Below, piece by piece: positions 49,060 to 59,285 of a stretch of DNA of 64,000 bases. The notes beneath the pieces are model-generated. The model was not told the DNA's origin. It was given only the letters and a program-made list of their open reading frames with translations, and did not search any database. The stretch spans positions 32,001 to 96,000 of the forward strand of contig JBHLOY010000008.1 in assembly GCA_048939995.1 (NCBI GenBank), in the 5' to 3' direction. Every line of letters begins with the position of its first letter. The first letter of the stretch is position 1. The position numbers and the translations under genes are program-made. The stretch is from Promethearchaeota archaeon (lineage in GTDB: Archaea > Asgardarchaeota > Lokiarchaeia > Sigyniarchaeales > SOKP01).

Positions 49060-50805
49060 GTGAAAATTTTGCCAAAAAGAGTTTTAAGAGTAGATATGAC
49101 TAATCTCACAACTGCATTTGAAGATTTACCTGAAGACTATTTTGCGCTTGGTGGTAGAGGAATGACTTCAACAATTGTAGCAAAAGAAGTTCCTGCAACA
49201 AGTAATCCCTTAGGAGTTCATAATAAACTTGTGTTTGCTCCTGGAATAGTAACCGGAACTGTGGCTCCATCATCTGGACGAATTTCAGTGGGTGGAAAAT
49301 CTCCATTAACAGGAGGTATTAAGGAAGCAAATGCTGGAACCCCATTTGCTCAAATGTTGGCGAGAATGCGTATCGGAGCAATAATTGTTGAAGGTAAACA
49401 TGAAGGAGATGATTATTACTTACTAAAAGTGACAAATAATGACGCTGAATTCATGAAAGCAAATAAATGGGTTGGTAAAGGTCTCTATGAAGTCTATAAG
49501 GATTTACAAAAAGAATTTGGAGATAAAATAGGAATATGTGGAGTGGGAATAGCTGCTGAAATTCTTGGTGCGATGTCAGGAATTTGTTTCAACGATCCAG
49601 AAGGATTACCAAGTAGATATGCAGGTAGAGGGGGTCTTGGAGCTGTTATGGCATCTAAGAAGCTAAAATTTATTATGGTAGATGAAACTGGCTCTCCTGG
49701 AGTTGAGATCGCTAATCAGGATGTCTTTGAACAAGGTATTACTAAATTAAGAGATGCCTTAATGTCACATGATGTTACAAAGGTTGGAGGGGCACTAAAT
49801 TCCTATGGTACTAGTGTATTAGTAAATATTATGAATGAAGCAGGAGGTTTACCCCAAAGAAATTTTTCTGTAGGCCGAGATGATAATGCACAGAACATCT
49901 CAGGTGAAGCAAAAGCGGAAGCTATAAAGAAAAGAGGAGGTGTAAGACCTCACTTTTGCAATCCCGGATGTATTATCCAATGTTCCGAAGTATGGACAGA
50001 ACCTGGTGGAAAAAATCCTGTTGGAGTATTAGAATATGAAAGTGTTTGGGCCCTTGGAGCAAATTGTGGTATTTATGATTTGGAAACTGTTGGAGAACTC
50101 AATCGTGCCTGTAATGATTTAGGAACAGATACAATTGAAGCGGGAGATACACTTGCTGTGGCAATGGAAGGTGGTTTAGCAAATTTTGGAGATGGTAAGG
50201 GTGCCTTGGGACTCATGGAAGAAATTCGAAAGAAAACGCCCACGGGAAGAATATTAGCTAATGGAACGGAAATCACTGGTAAAGTTTTGGGAGTTACACG
50301 AATTCCTACTGTTAAAGGGCAAGGTTTGCCTGCTTATGACCCACGAACAGTCTGGGGAATCGGAGTTACTTATGCTACTACTCCAATGGGAGCCGATCAT
50401 ACAGCAGGATATTGTATCGCTCCCGAAATATTAGGAGTGGGTGGACAAGTCGATCCAAGAGACTCTAAAAAAGCAGAACTCTCCCGTAATTTACAATTAG
50501 CTACAGCAGCCTTAGATGCAACTGGATATTGCCTATTTATTACCTTTGCAATTCTGGACATCCCTTCAGGACTAGAGGGTGTCGTTGAATCGTTGAATGG
50601 TGTATTAGGTACATCTCTTACTGTAGAGGATGTTCCTAAAATAGGTCAACAGATAATTGATGTTGAAAGAGGATTTAATAAGGCTGCGGGTTTTACTGCT
50701 ATACATGACAGACTTCCTGAATTCTTCATAGAAGAGAAGGTTGCACCACATGATGTGGTATTTGAAGTGACTAATGATGAATTAGATAAAGTTTGGGGAT
50801 CTTAG
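49060..50805 (+). CDS. aor: Aldehyde:ferredoxin oxidoreductase
   Basis: KSPLTGGIKEANAG, GRGGLGAVM, C..GC.I.C, EYES, DLGTDTIE, YDPR, GADH. Confidence 0.93.
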   Translation: MKILPKRVLRVDMTNLTTAFEDLPEDYFALGGRGMTSTIVAKEVPATSNPLGVHNKLVFAPGIVTGTVAPSSGRISVGGKSPLTGGIKEANAGTPFAQMLARMRIGAIIVEGKHEGDDYYLLKVTNNDAEFMKANKWVGKGLYEVYKDLQKEFGDKIGICGVGIAAEILGAMSGICFNDPEGLPSRYAGRGGLGAVMASKKLKFIMVDETGSPGVEIANQDVFEQGITKLRDALMSHDVTKVGGALNSYGTSVLVNIMNEAGGLPQRNFSVGRDDNAQNISGEAKAEAIKKRGGVRPHFCNPGCIIQCSEVWTEPGGKNPVGVLEYESVWALGANCGIYDLETVGELNRACNDLGTDTIEAGDTLAVAMEGGLANFGDGKGALGLMEEIRKKTPTGRILANGTEITGKVLGVTRIPTVKGQGLPAYDPRTVWGIGVTYATTPMGADHTAGYCIAPEILGVGGQVDPRDSKKAELSRNLQLATAALDATGYCLFITFAILDIPSGLEGVVESLNGVLGTSLTVEDVPKIGQQIIDVERGFNKAAGFTAIHDRLPEFFIEEKVAPHDVVFEVTNDELDKVWGS

Positions 50806-50815
50806 GAAGTATATT

Positions 50816-51103
50816 ATGACAATTCTTGTTAAATTCTTTGGGAATCTTGCAAATAAAGTATCAGAGTTGGGATCTAAGATAACTAGTCCCTTGAATGTAT
50901 ATATCAATAGTAATGGAGTCGAATTCGTGTCTGATATCTTAAAAAAATTTTCAATAAATGTAAGTGAAACTAGTCATATTTTCGTGAATGGAATATATGC
51001 GGGATTTAGAAAACGAGTGAAAGATGGAGATAGAGTAGGAATATTTCCTAATAATATGGGATTATTATATAAATGGTATTTCACAAGGCATGAGGATGAT
51101 TGA
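50816..51103 (+). CDS. MoaD/ThiS-like beta-grasp protein lacking the C-terminal GG
   Basis: VKFFGNL...IFVNG...VKDGDRVGIFP then NNMGLLYKWYFTRHEDD. Confidence 0.75.
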   Translation: MTILVKFFGNLANKVSELGSKITSPLNVYINSNGVEFVSDILKKFSINVSETSHIFVNGIYAGFRKRVKDGDRVGIFPNNMGLLYKWYFTRHEDD

Positions 51104-51347
51104 AGAAGAGGCAAATATATCTGTTACAGTAAAGTTTTTCGCTGATTTTAGAAATTTTGGACCAGATAAAGAGAAATTAGAGGTTCCAAAAGGAAGTAAG
51201 ATTCAATACCTCCTAGATAAGTATAAAATCCCTAATAACAAACAAAAGTTAATAATTCTTGTAAACGGATTGCCACATAAAAAAATTGATGAAGAAATAA
51301 AAGATGGAGATATAATTGCGATTTTTCCACCGATAGCAGGCGGCTAA
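51090..51347 (+). CDS. moaD: MoaD/ThiS/SAMP-family sulfur carrier
   Basis: VKFFA...ILVNG...DGDIIAIFPPIAGG. Confidence 0.88.
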   Translation: MRMIEEEANISVTVKFFADFRNFGPDKEKLEVPKGSKIQYLLDKYKIPNNKQKLIILVNGLPHKKIDEEIKDGDIIAIFPPIAGG

Positions 51348-51570
51348 TCAATTTTAATTAAATTATTCTTTTCTTTTTTTTTAATGCTTTTTTTTAACGC
51401 TACGAGATCATTCTCATTTTTTAAAATTGATAATTTTTTTACATATAATTATAATGTTATAAAATATAATTAATATGTTAAAATGTATAACCTCTATTAT
51501 GTAATAAACGAGCTTATACTTAATAACAGGGATAGGGAAGTGAACTTTCATAACTACAATTGAAAAATCA

Positions 51571-54183
51571 ATGAAAAATTATCAAAGGATACTAGAAAGT
51601 GCAAAGGATATCATAGGCATTGTTAATGAAGATTTTGTTATTGAATACCTTAATGAAAAAGCTCTAAAAACAATTTTAGGATATTCAATCTCAGATGGTA
51701 TTGGAAAATCGGGATTAGAGTTCGTCCATCCTGATGACGTAAAAAAAGCGATTAATAGCTTAAAAAAAGGTTTGGAATTTGGTCAAAATAGCGAACAGAT
51801 TAGATTTAGGCATAAGAATGGTCAATATATATGGTTTGAAGCCACAGGAAATGTTTTTAAGGATGAAAAGGGTCAATATAAAAGAAGTGTAATTCTAAGA
51901 GATATTCATCAAAAAAAGATGATTGAAGAAAAATTAAAGGCATCAGAAGAGAAATATAAGTTAATATCAGAAAATGCTAACGATCTTATACGATTACTTA
52001 ATTCTAAGTTTGAAATTGAATATATAAATGAAAATGCTCATAAAAAGTTTCTTGGATATACTAAAAATGATTTAATAGGAAAGTTTGCTGGAGAGTTTTT
52101 ACATCCTAATGATTTTAAAGAATTAGATAAACAGTTAACGCCTATAATTAGATCTGGATCAGGTATAAGGGAAGCAAGAGTTAAACATAAAAATGGTAAT
52201 TGGGTTTGGTTTGAATTTACAAATAAAATCATTCTAGACAAAGATGGAAATAGGAAATTCTTATCAATTTCCAGGGATATTACTGAAAAAAAAAATGCTG
52301 AGACAAAGTTAAAAGAATCTGAAGAAAAATATCGCCTTATTTCCGAAAACGCTTATGATTTAATAGTAATTCTAGATAAACAGTTTAGATATGAATATAT
52401 TAATGAAATAACATTCTTACATATTCTTGGTTATTCTAAAACAGATTTAATTGGAAAATCTGTATTGAATTTTATTCATCCTGATGATATTGAACTTGCT
52501 GTCTCATCTTTAAAAGAGGGCTTTGAGAAAGGTAGGGGATCAGCGGATATCAGGTTTAAACATAAAAATGGAAAATGGGTTTGGTTAGAAGCAAAGGGTA
52601 AGACTTTTTTAGATCAGGACGGAAGAATGAAAGCTCATATTATCTCAAGAGACATTACAGAGAAAAAGATTACTGAACAGAAACTTATGGAATCTGAGGA
52701 GAAGTTTAGAACAATCGCAGAACAATCTTCATTAGGTATTATTATACTTCAAGATGGTTTTATCAAATACGCAAATAAGGCAATATCTGAAATAACAGGT
52801 TATTCAGCTCAAGACTTTAAACATTGGCCCCAAAATGAGTTCTTAAAAAAGATTTATATTGAAGATCAAGCTATTGTCATCGAAAACCTCAAAAAGAAAT
52901 TAGAAGGAAAAACTGACTTAAGTTCACATTATAATTGCCGAATTATTACATCTGCAAATGAGATTAAATGGATAGATTTACATTCTAAACGAATAAATTA
53001 TAAAGGAGTATCAGCTATTTTAGCATCATTTATTGATATCAGTGAAATAAAGTTAGCTGAAAAAAGACTAAAAGAATCAGAAGTCAACTTTCGCGAACTA
53101 TATGAAGAAGCTCCATATGCCTACTTATCAGTAGGTGCCGATAGTACCATATTAAGAGGTAATAACGCTGCATTGAATCTTTTAGGCTATTCTAAGCAGG
53201 AACTAATGAATATGAAAGTATTTGATCTCTACGCAGATACTCCCAGTGGATTATCGAGATCAAAAGAAATATTTAAGCATTTTCTAAAGGGGGAAGAAAT
53301 TAAAAACATTGAACTCCAAATGGAAAAGAAAAATGGTGAGCGTATTTGGGTAAGTCTATCGGTAAAACCAATTTTTGATCAGTCGGGGAAAGTTATAGAA
53401 TCTCGTTCTATGGTTATTGACATTACTGATCGTAAGAATGCAGAACAAAAACTAAGAGATTCAGAACAATTGTATCGTGAAGCTTATGATCGGGCAAATT
53501 TCTATAAAGATTTATTCACTCATGATATAAATAATATTCTTCAAATCATCAATTCTTCTGCCGAACTTATTTCTTATCAGTTAAGCGATACTGAAGATAA
53601 TTTAGATATTAAAAATATTGCTGATATTATAAAGAAACAAGTGCAAAGAGGGGCAAAACTAGTAGGAAATGTTCGAACTTTATCTGAAATTGAGGAAATA
53701 AGTTTAAAGATTGAACCAATTGACGTATGCAAAGTTCTAGCGAGTTCAATTGATTATTTACATAAAGCTTATGCAGAACGTAATGTTAATATCCAAGTTA
53801 ATTGTGAAGAGGATAAGTATGAAGTACATGGAAATGAATTACTAAATGATGTCTTCGATAATCTTTTGATAAATGCAATTAAATATAATCAAAACCTTGA
53901 GGTAGAGATTATAGTAAACATTTTGAGAGAATTAAAAAGAAACATTAATTATATAAAAATTGAGATCATAGATAACGCAGTGGGGATATCTGATCCAAAA
54001 AAGGAAATACTTTTTAAAGAAGGATATAGAATAGAAAAAGGTACTAAAGGTATGGGTTTAGGTTTGTCATTAGTTCATAAAATTATTCAAATGTACAAAG
54101 GAGAAATCTGGGTTGAGAATAGATTCAAAGAAGATTTTACTAAAGGAAGCAAATTTGTTATTTTAATACCCGAATTTAATTGA
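51571..54183 (+). CDS. Cytoplasmic histidine kinase with five PAS domains
   Basis: Five PAS/PAC repeats (HPDD, RDITE); THDINN H-box, NAIKY, GMGLGL; no TM segment. Confidence 0.93.
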   Translation: MKNYQRILESAKDIIGIVNEDFVIEYLNEKALKTILGYSISDGIGKSGLEFVHPDDVKKAINSLKKGLEFGQNSEQIRFRHKNGQYIWFEATGNVFKDEKGQYKRSVILRDIHQKKMIEEKLKASEEKYKLISENANDLIRLLNSKFEIEYINENAHKKFLGYTKNDLIGKFAGEFLHPNDFKELDKQLTPIIRSGSGIREARVKHKNGNWVWFEFTNKIILDKDGNRKFLSISRDITEKKNAETKLKESEEKYRLISENAYDLIVILDKQFRYEYINEITFLHILGYSKTDLIGKSVLNFIHPDDIELAVSSLKEGFEKGRGSADIRFKHKNGKWVWLEAKGKTFLDQDGRMKAHIISRDITEKKITEQKLMESEEKFRTIAEQSSLGIIILQDGFIKYANKAISEITGYSAQDFKHWPQNEFLKKIYIEDQAIVIENLKKKLEGKTDLSSHYNCRIITSANEIKWIDLHSKRINYKGVSAILASFIDISEIKLAEKRLKESEVNFRELYEEAPYAYLSVGADSTILRGNNAALNLLGYSKQELMNMKVFDLYADTPSGLSRSKEIFKHFLKGEEIKNIELQMEKKNGERIWVSLSVKPIFDQSGKVIESRSMVIDITDRKNAEQKLRDSEQLYREAYDRANFYKDLFTHDINNILQIINSSAELISYQLSDTEDNLDIKNIADIIKKQVQRGAKLVGNVRTLSEIEEISLKIEPIDVCKVLASSIDYLHKAYAERNVNIQVNCEEDKYEVHGNELLNDVFDNLLINAIKYNQNLEVEIIVNILRELKRNINYIKIEIIDNAVGISDPKKEILFKEGYRIEKGTKGMGLGLSLVHKIIQMYKGEIWVENRFKEDFTKGSKFVILIPEFN

Positions 54184-54188
54184 AAACA

Positions 54189-54818
54189 TTATAATGGTTT
54201 AATTTTGGTAGATTTCCATAATTTTATCCCCTGAATGGCGCCCCAAATAATTAATAAATAGACAGTAACTTTTTGAAATGCCGCATTATAAAGAAATACT
54301 AAAATGTATAATAGAATAATTATTGATATGGTAAATCCAATAACAGCATAATAGTTTTCATACTCCCTATTTAATAATATAGTTATGGAATAAATTAATA
54401 TTGCAGATGCAAAAAGTATAAAGAATAACCTTGTTGTAAATATATGGGGATCAAAAAGAACATTACCCGGAAAAATCGCTAATAATGCGAGATTAGGACA
54501 TGAAAGCAAACCTAATAAAGTTCCTGTAAAGCTAAGATATCTTTCCAGAGTTGTCTTTCTAAATAATGAACTCAATGCACACCAAAAAGGGATTAAAAGG
54601 ATTGCCGTTATTGTACAAGTTGAAGCAAATATTATATAACTCGGGATGCTTGGTTGCCCACTATTATAAGATACAGTATAACCTAAATGACTGAAAAAAT
54701 TATCCCAAAAAGAATAACCTCCAGGATAAATTAACATTGCTAATATTGTTAGAATAATAAATTGGATTCCAGCAATAATTGCAAAAATACTACTATGCTT
54801 TTTTGATAATTTGAACAT
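54189..54818 (-). CDS. Multi-pass membrane protein (DUF998-like)
   Basis: YPGGYSFWDNFFSHLG, conserved His, 5-6 TM segments. Confidence 0.7.
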   Translation of the reverse strand: MFKLSKKHSSIFAIIAGIQFIILTILAMLIYPGGYSFWDNFFSHLGYTVSYNSGQPSIPSYIIFASTCTITAILLIPFWCALSSLFRKTTLERYLSFTGTLLGLLSCPNLALLAIFPGNVLFDPHIFTTRLFFILFASAILIYSITILLNREYENYYAVIGFTISIIILLYILVFLYNAAFQKVTVYLLIIWGAIQGIKLWKSTKIKPL

Positions 54819-54882
54819 GTTTCTTCACACTTTAAAATTAGGTTAATTGCTATTTAAAATTAGTTAAAATAATATAAATAAT

Positions 54883-55446
54883 TTAAATTCTTTTTTTTAG
54901 CCAATCTTTTCTAAAAATGCAATATTGATATAAATCGAGATATTCTCCATCAACATATACATGTTTTTTAAAAACTGCTTCTCGATTCATGCCAATTTTT
55001 TCTGCAAGCTTCCAGGATGCTATGTTTCGAGAGATCATATTTGCCGTTATTTTGAATAGATTCAATTCGATGAATCCATAATTAACTATTAATCTTCCAG
55101 CCTCAGTTGCTATGGTTTGTCTGTGATATTTTTTCTCACCAATGAGCAATCCTAAATCCGCTCTTTGATCAATCCATTTAATTTCATTTAGTTCAGCGAA
55201 ACCAATTGGTTTATTATCTTTTATATGATAAATTTCAAAATGGACTTTATCTTTAAATTTAGCCAAAGGTGGGTTTTCAATTGCTTGTTTTAGATCTTCT
55301 ATTATAAAAGGAAAAATGTTACGAGAATAATGTCTTATTATAGCATCATTTTCCCATTTTGCATAAAGTTTTGAATTTTCTGAATTCAGAGCACGTAAAT
55401 CTATTCTCTCTCCGGTAATAAAGACAGGGCTATGATTGTATGTTAT
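54883..55446 (-). CDS. RimJ/RimL-type GNAT acetyltransferase 4 (extended 60 codons beyond the ORF-track start)
   Basis: Upstream in-frame PVFITGERIDL...YAKWEND..IRHYSRNIFP matches the N-termini of the three paralogs; probable ATA start at 55446 behind GAGGAG. Confidence 0.8.
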   Translation of the reverse strand: MTYNHSPVFITGERIDLRALNSENSKLYAKWENDAIIRHYSRNIFPFIIEDLKQAIENPPLAKFKDKVHFEIYHIKDNKPIGFAELNEIKWIDQRADLGLLIGEKKYHRQTIATEAGRLIVNYGFIELNLFKITANMISRNIASWKLAEKIGMNREAVFKKHVYVDGEYLDLYQYCIFRKDWLKKRI

Positions 55447-56020
55447 ACTTATTCTCCTCTCTATAAATTCTTTCCCAATCCTCCTTTAAAAACCCATATT
55501 TTTTCACATCGATGTATTTGCCTTCTTTATAAATATCAGCTTTAATAATTCCCTCGAATGTAAATCCTAGCTTTTCAGCAACTTTCCATGATCCTACATT
55601 CTCTACTGACACAGTTCCACTAATCTTATGAAGGTTTAACTCCTCAAAACCATATTGGAGGATTAATCGAACAGCATCAGTCGCAATATCGTTGCCCCAG
55701 TATTTAACCTCTCCAATGTAGATAAAGGCATTTGACCATTGATTAACCCAATTAATTCGATTTAACCCACAAGCTCCTATAGGTTTTTGATCTTTCTTAT
55801 GGATAATAGTAAAGCTGAAGTAGTCTCTTAGCTTAATGTCAGGAGGGTTTTCAAATCTGTATTTCATATCTTCGAATATTACTGGAAAGGGACCACGAAA
55901 AAAATGGCGAACTTTGTGATCACTCATCCACTTACAATATAAGTGAACATATTCAGCACTAGACGGCATTAAATCTACAATTTCGCCCTTAATGAATGTA
56001 TTAAAATTTTTATTTTCCAT
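55430..56020 (-). CDS. RimJ/RimL-type GNAT acetyltransferase 3
   Basis: YWGNDIATDA, YGFEELNLHKI, N..S..VAEKLGF..EG. Confidence 0.9.
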   Translation of the reverse strand: MENKNFNTFIKGEIVDLMPSSAEYVHLYCKWMSDHKVRHFFRGPFPVIFEDMKYRFENPPDIKLRDYFSFTIIHKKDQKPIGACGLNRINWVNQWSNAFIYIGEVKYWGNDIATDAVRLILQYGFEELNLHKISGTVSVENVGSWKVAEKLGFTFEGIIKADIYKEGKYIDVKKYGFLKEDWERIYREENKYNIQS

Positions 56021-56032
56021 TTATTATCCTGT

Positions 56033-56608
56033 TTATCCACTTTTTTTAAGCCAATCCCTCTTAAAAAGAGCAAATCGATGGTTATCAACAAACTTTCCAT
56101 CGACATACATTTCTTCCTTCAAGACAGCCTCTTTTTGAAAACCTAACTTTTCAGCTGCTCTTAATGACCTTTTGTTTGGACTAAATATACCAGCATAAAT
56201 TTTATGAAAGTTTAACTCGGTAAAGCCATAGTTGATCAATATATTTGCAGCTTCAACCGCTATTCCTTTTCCCCAGTATTCTGGTTCTCCAATTGAAGCC
56301 CAAATATTAGCATTTAAATTGATCCAATTTATATGGCTGAATCCTGCTTGACCGATAGGTCGTTTATCTGCTTTATGATAGATAGTAAAAACTAGAAATT
56401 CCCTTAAGCCATGATCTTGTTGAGGCTCAAACCATTTTTTAACCTGATCCAGAGTATGTGGAAACATTTGTCGTGCATAATGTCTTACTTCTGGGTTATT
56501 CATCCATTTACAGTATAATTCTTTCCATTTTGAATTCTGAGTAACTAAATCTATTTTATCACCCTCGAGAAATGGATAGACTTCAACTTCTTCTTCTTTT
56601 TCATCCAT
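56033..56608 (-). CDS. RimJ/RimL-type GNAT acetyltransferase 2
   Basis: YWGKGIA, YGFTELNFHKI, NKRSLRAAEKLGF. Confidence 0.9.
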   Translation of the reverse strand: MDEKEEEVEVYPFLEGDKIDLVTQNSKWKELYCKWMNNPEVRHYARQMFPHTLDQVKKWFEPQQDHGLREFLVFTIYHKADKRPIGQAGFSHINWINLNANIWASIGEPEYWGKGIAVEAANILINYGFTELNFHKIYAGIFSPNKRSLRAAEKLGFQKEAVLKEEMYVDGKFVDNHRFALFKRDWLKKSG

Positions 56609-56623
56609 CTGTTTTTCACTTTT

Positions 56624-57205
56624 TTATTTATTTTGTTGTTCCTTAAACCAATCTTCTTTAAAAAGAGCAAATTTATGATGATCTACATATTTACCATCGA
56701 CATATGCTTCTCCTTTTAGAATTGCTTCCTTCTGAAAGCCTAGTTTTTCTGCAGCACGAAGGGATCTTTCATTTGGTGAGAATACTCCTGCAAAAATCTT
56801 ATGAAAATTTAATTCTGTAAAACCATAATTTATTACTAATTTCGCAGCTTCCCCTATGATTCCCTTTCCCCAGTATTCCGGTTCTCCTATAAGACCATAG
56901 AGATTTGCATTCCTATTGATCCAATTTATGTGACCAAAACCTAGATCTCCAATCGCTTTCTTATCTTGCTTATGCCAGATGATAAATCCCACCCATTCTG
57001 GCATTTGTCTTCTTGCGGGTGGTTCATTCCACTTTTTAATCTCTTCAATAGAGTGGGGAAACATATTTCTGGAATAATGACGTACTCTCGGATTATTAAT
57101 CCATTTAGCTACAAGATTTGCCCATTGAGATCCTGGTGCTACTAAATCAATCCGATCTCCTTTAATAAACGGAAATGGTTCAATCTCTTCTTTTTTTTCA
57201 TTCAA
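56624..57205 (-). CDS. RimJ/RimL-type GNAT acetyltransferase 1
   Basis: YWGKGI, YGFTELNFHKI, NERSLRAAEKLGF. Confidence 0.9.
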   Translation of the reverse strand: MNEKKEEIEPFPFIKGDRIDLVAPGSQWANLVAKWINNPRVRHYSRNMFPHSIEEIKKWNEPPARRQMPEWVGFIIWHKQDKKAIGDLGFGHINWINRNANLYGLIGEPEYWGKGIIGEAAKLVINYGFTELNFHKIFAGVFSPNERSLRAAEKLGFQKEAILKGEAYVDGKYVDHHKFALFKEDWFKEQQNK

Positions 57206-57365
57206 TTACGTTCATCTTTTTTTATTATAGTAGGATACTTTATTTATAAATTGAAACATTAGATTAAAATTTTATTTTTGTTTTCGCAAAATCTTTTACT
57301 TAATTTCTTTTAATTTTACTTTCAAGAATTTTTAGGATTCAAAATTTAATTTCCAGATTCTTAAA

Positions 57366-58568
57366 TTAAAGATATTCATTCTTAACTCTCGTAAATATTG
57401 TGAACACCAAAATAGCAATTCCGTTAATAATGAAAAACCAGAAGATACTCAAATTCTGGACGATAAGTCCAATATATATTGGATAAAGTATTGCCATTGA
57501 AAGGCTTCCAAACATATTTATAGTACTTAACACAGTTGCTCTATTTTCAGATTCAATCTGGTTATTAATGCCATGAGTATATATTAAGAATCGGGGATAA
57601 CCAAATGCTACAATAATGAAGAGAATTCCAATACCAAAAAACAAATTTGTAGTAAGTCCTAATGAGATATATGATAACCCAGAGATTATATCTACGAAAA
57701 TTAGAAACATTAGCTTCTTTTTAATCTTCTGAAGGATTTTCGGAATTAAAACTGAAAATAGTGCATTAACCAAATTTATTGCTGCTAATATATAACCAGC
57801 TTCATTTTGCGTCATACCCAATGTTGCTAAATAAGGTTGATATGTCCAGAATAAGAAAAAAATGAATATATTTATGAATAATCTATCAAAGCATAAGATC
57901 CTTAAGATTTTATTTTTCCTCAACTCTTTAAATCCATCCTTTATAATTTTGAGATAACCTCCAGTATTTTTAATATTATTAACTTTAGGTTCATGGTATG
58001 TTAAAGAAGTGATAAAAGCTCCAATATAGATAATTCCTAAGCATGTCATTGTGAACTGTAAGGATATATATTGAGCGATAATTGAACCTAGGGGAGCTGA
58101 GATGGTTAAGGCAATCAAGTTGAACATCTGAATCTTGCCCATAACGTTAGGTAATTTATCCTCCTCTCCAGATACCTTTAAAGAACTGTACATAAAAGCT
58201 TCTTCAGTACCTGATGCTAATGCTATACTAAATGCCCAAAATGTTTCAGCTAGATAAAATAAAAGCATGAAGGGAACTATACTATATAAGAACGCAGCAA
58301 TAACAACAGTTAAAGCAGATAATGATAATGCTTTTTTCCTCCCTAAAAAATCAGCAATAGCTCCTGAAGGGATTTCAAATACAAATATTATGAACATAAA
58401 ATATCCTTGTAAAGTCATCATTTCTGAATAAGTTAGACCACCCCATTCAGTCATATACCAAAAATATACGCCTCTAACGGTATGAATTCCTAAAATGAAG
58501 TAATATATGTATGATTTAGCTATATTTAATTTGAATTTCCTTTTATCTTCTTCAGTATCTATTAACAT
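57366..58568 (-). CDS. MFS transporter
   Basis: EIPSGAIADFLGRK motif A, SGTEEA, RATVLS; about 12 TM segments. Confidence 0.9.
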   Translation of the reverse strand: MLIDTEEDKRKFKLNIAKSYIYYFILGIHTVRGVYFWYMTEWGGLTYSEMMTLQGYFMFIIFVFEIPSGAIADFLGRKKALSLSALTVVIAAFLYSIVPFMLLFYLAETFWAFSIALASGTEEAFMYSSLKVSGEEDKLPNVMGKIQMFNLIALTISAPLGSIIAQYISLQFTMTCLGIIYIGAFITSLTYHEPKVNNIKNTGGYLKIIKDGFKELRKNKILRILCFDRLFINIFIFFLFWTYQPYLATLGMTQNEAGYILAAINLVNALFSVLIPKILQKIKKKLMFLIFVDIISGLSYISLGLTTNLFFGIGILFIIVAFGYPRFLIYTHGINNQIESENRATVLSTINMFGSLSMAILYPIYIGLIVQNLSIFWFFIINGIAILVFTIFTRVKNEYL

Positions 58569-58758
58569 TACTAAAATTCATTGAATTTAATCTTTAAAAA
58601 TTCAATCTTTACATGCTATGTATACTTTTATGATAATTTTTCATTATATTAATAGAACTCTATATGAAGTTATATTGAAGTAGCAAATGGGTTGACAGAA
58701 TTAGTAATTTTAATTCCAAAAAAAAGAAAAAATAGATATTAGGGTGAAATAAGTTTTT

Positions 58759-58971
58759 TTACATTAATTTCATTGCTAAGTCCATATCTTCGAGAGTTAA
58801 TTTCTTCCTCCCAGCATGACGAGTCATTTCTAATGCTTTATTTGTGACAGTTTTAGCTGTTTTTTCTAAATAGTCGATTAGAGCATCTACAGCGTCCCGA
58901 GCCACCATCTCAGCATTGTTATCTTTCATTAACTTTCGGACAGGACTCCAAGCAAAAACTTTTTTTGCCAT
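58759..58971 (-). CDS. Archaeal histone
   Basis: PVRKLMK..AEMVARDA...HAGRKKLTLEDM histone fold; SD GGAGGA. Confidence 0.92.
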   Translation of the reverse strand: MAKKVFAWSPVRKLMKDNNAEMVARDAVDALIDYLEKTAKTVTNKALEMTRHAGRKKLTLEDMDLAMKLM

Positions 58972-59014
58972 GGGTTTTATTCCTCCACTTTTTAATTTAT
59001 TATATTAAAATCTC

Positions 59015-59042
59015 AAAGTCCACATTTTTCAACATGAACTTT
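59015..59042 (-). promoter_or_regulatory. 5'-UTR stem-loop of the histone gene
   Basis: AAAGTTCATGTT-GAAA-AATGTGGACTTT: 12-bp stem with G-U pairs and a GNRA loop, about 25 nt downstream of TTTTTAAATA. Confidence 0.55.
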
Positions 59043-59285
59043 ATTATATTATAATACTTCTTTCAAATATTTAAAAATTGCGTAAGATTTCCGATAGAAT
59101 ATATTTCGGTTAATTGATTCACCCGATCGACAAAAGTGCGATGTCAGAGAAGAAAAGTCGCAGAAATAGATCTGAGTCCTTAGAACAGAGATTTTTTTTA
59201 ATTTTTAATTTAATGGTTTCTGGGTGCTAATCTTCTTTAGAATTTACTTAAAATTAATATCTGGAGTCCCATCATTATAATTTTC

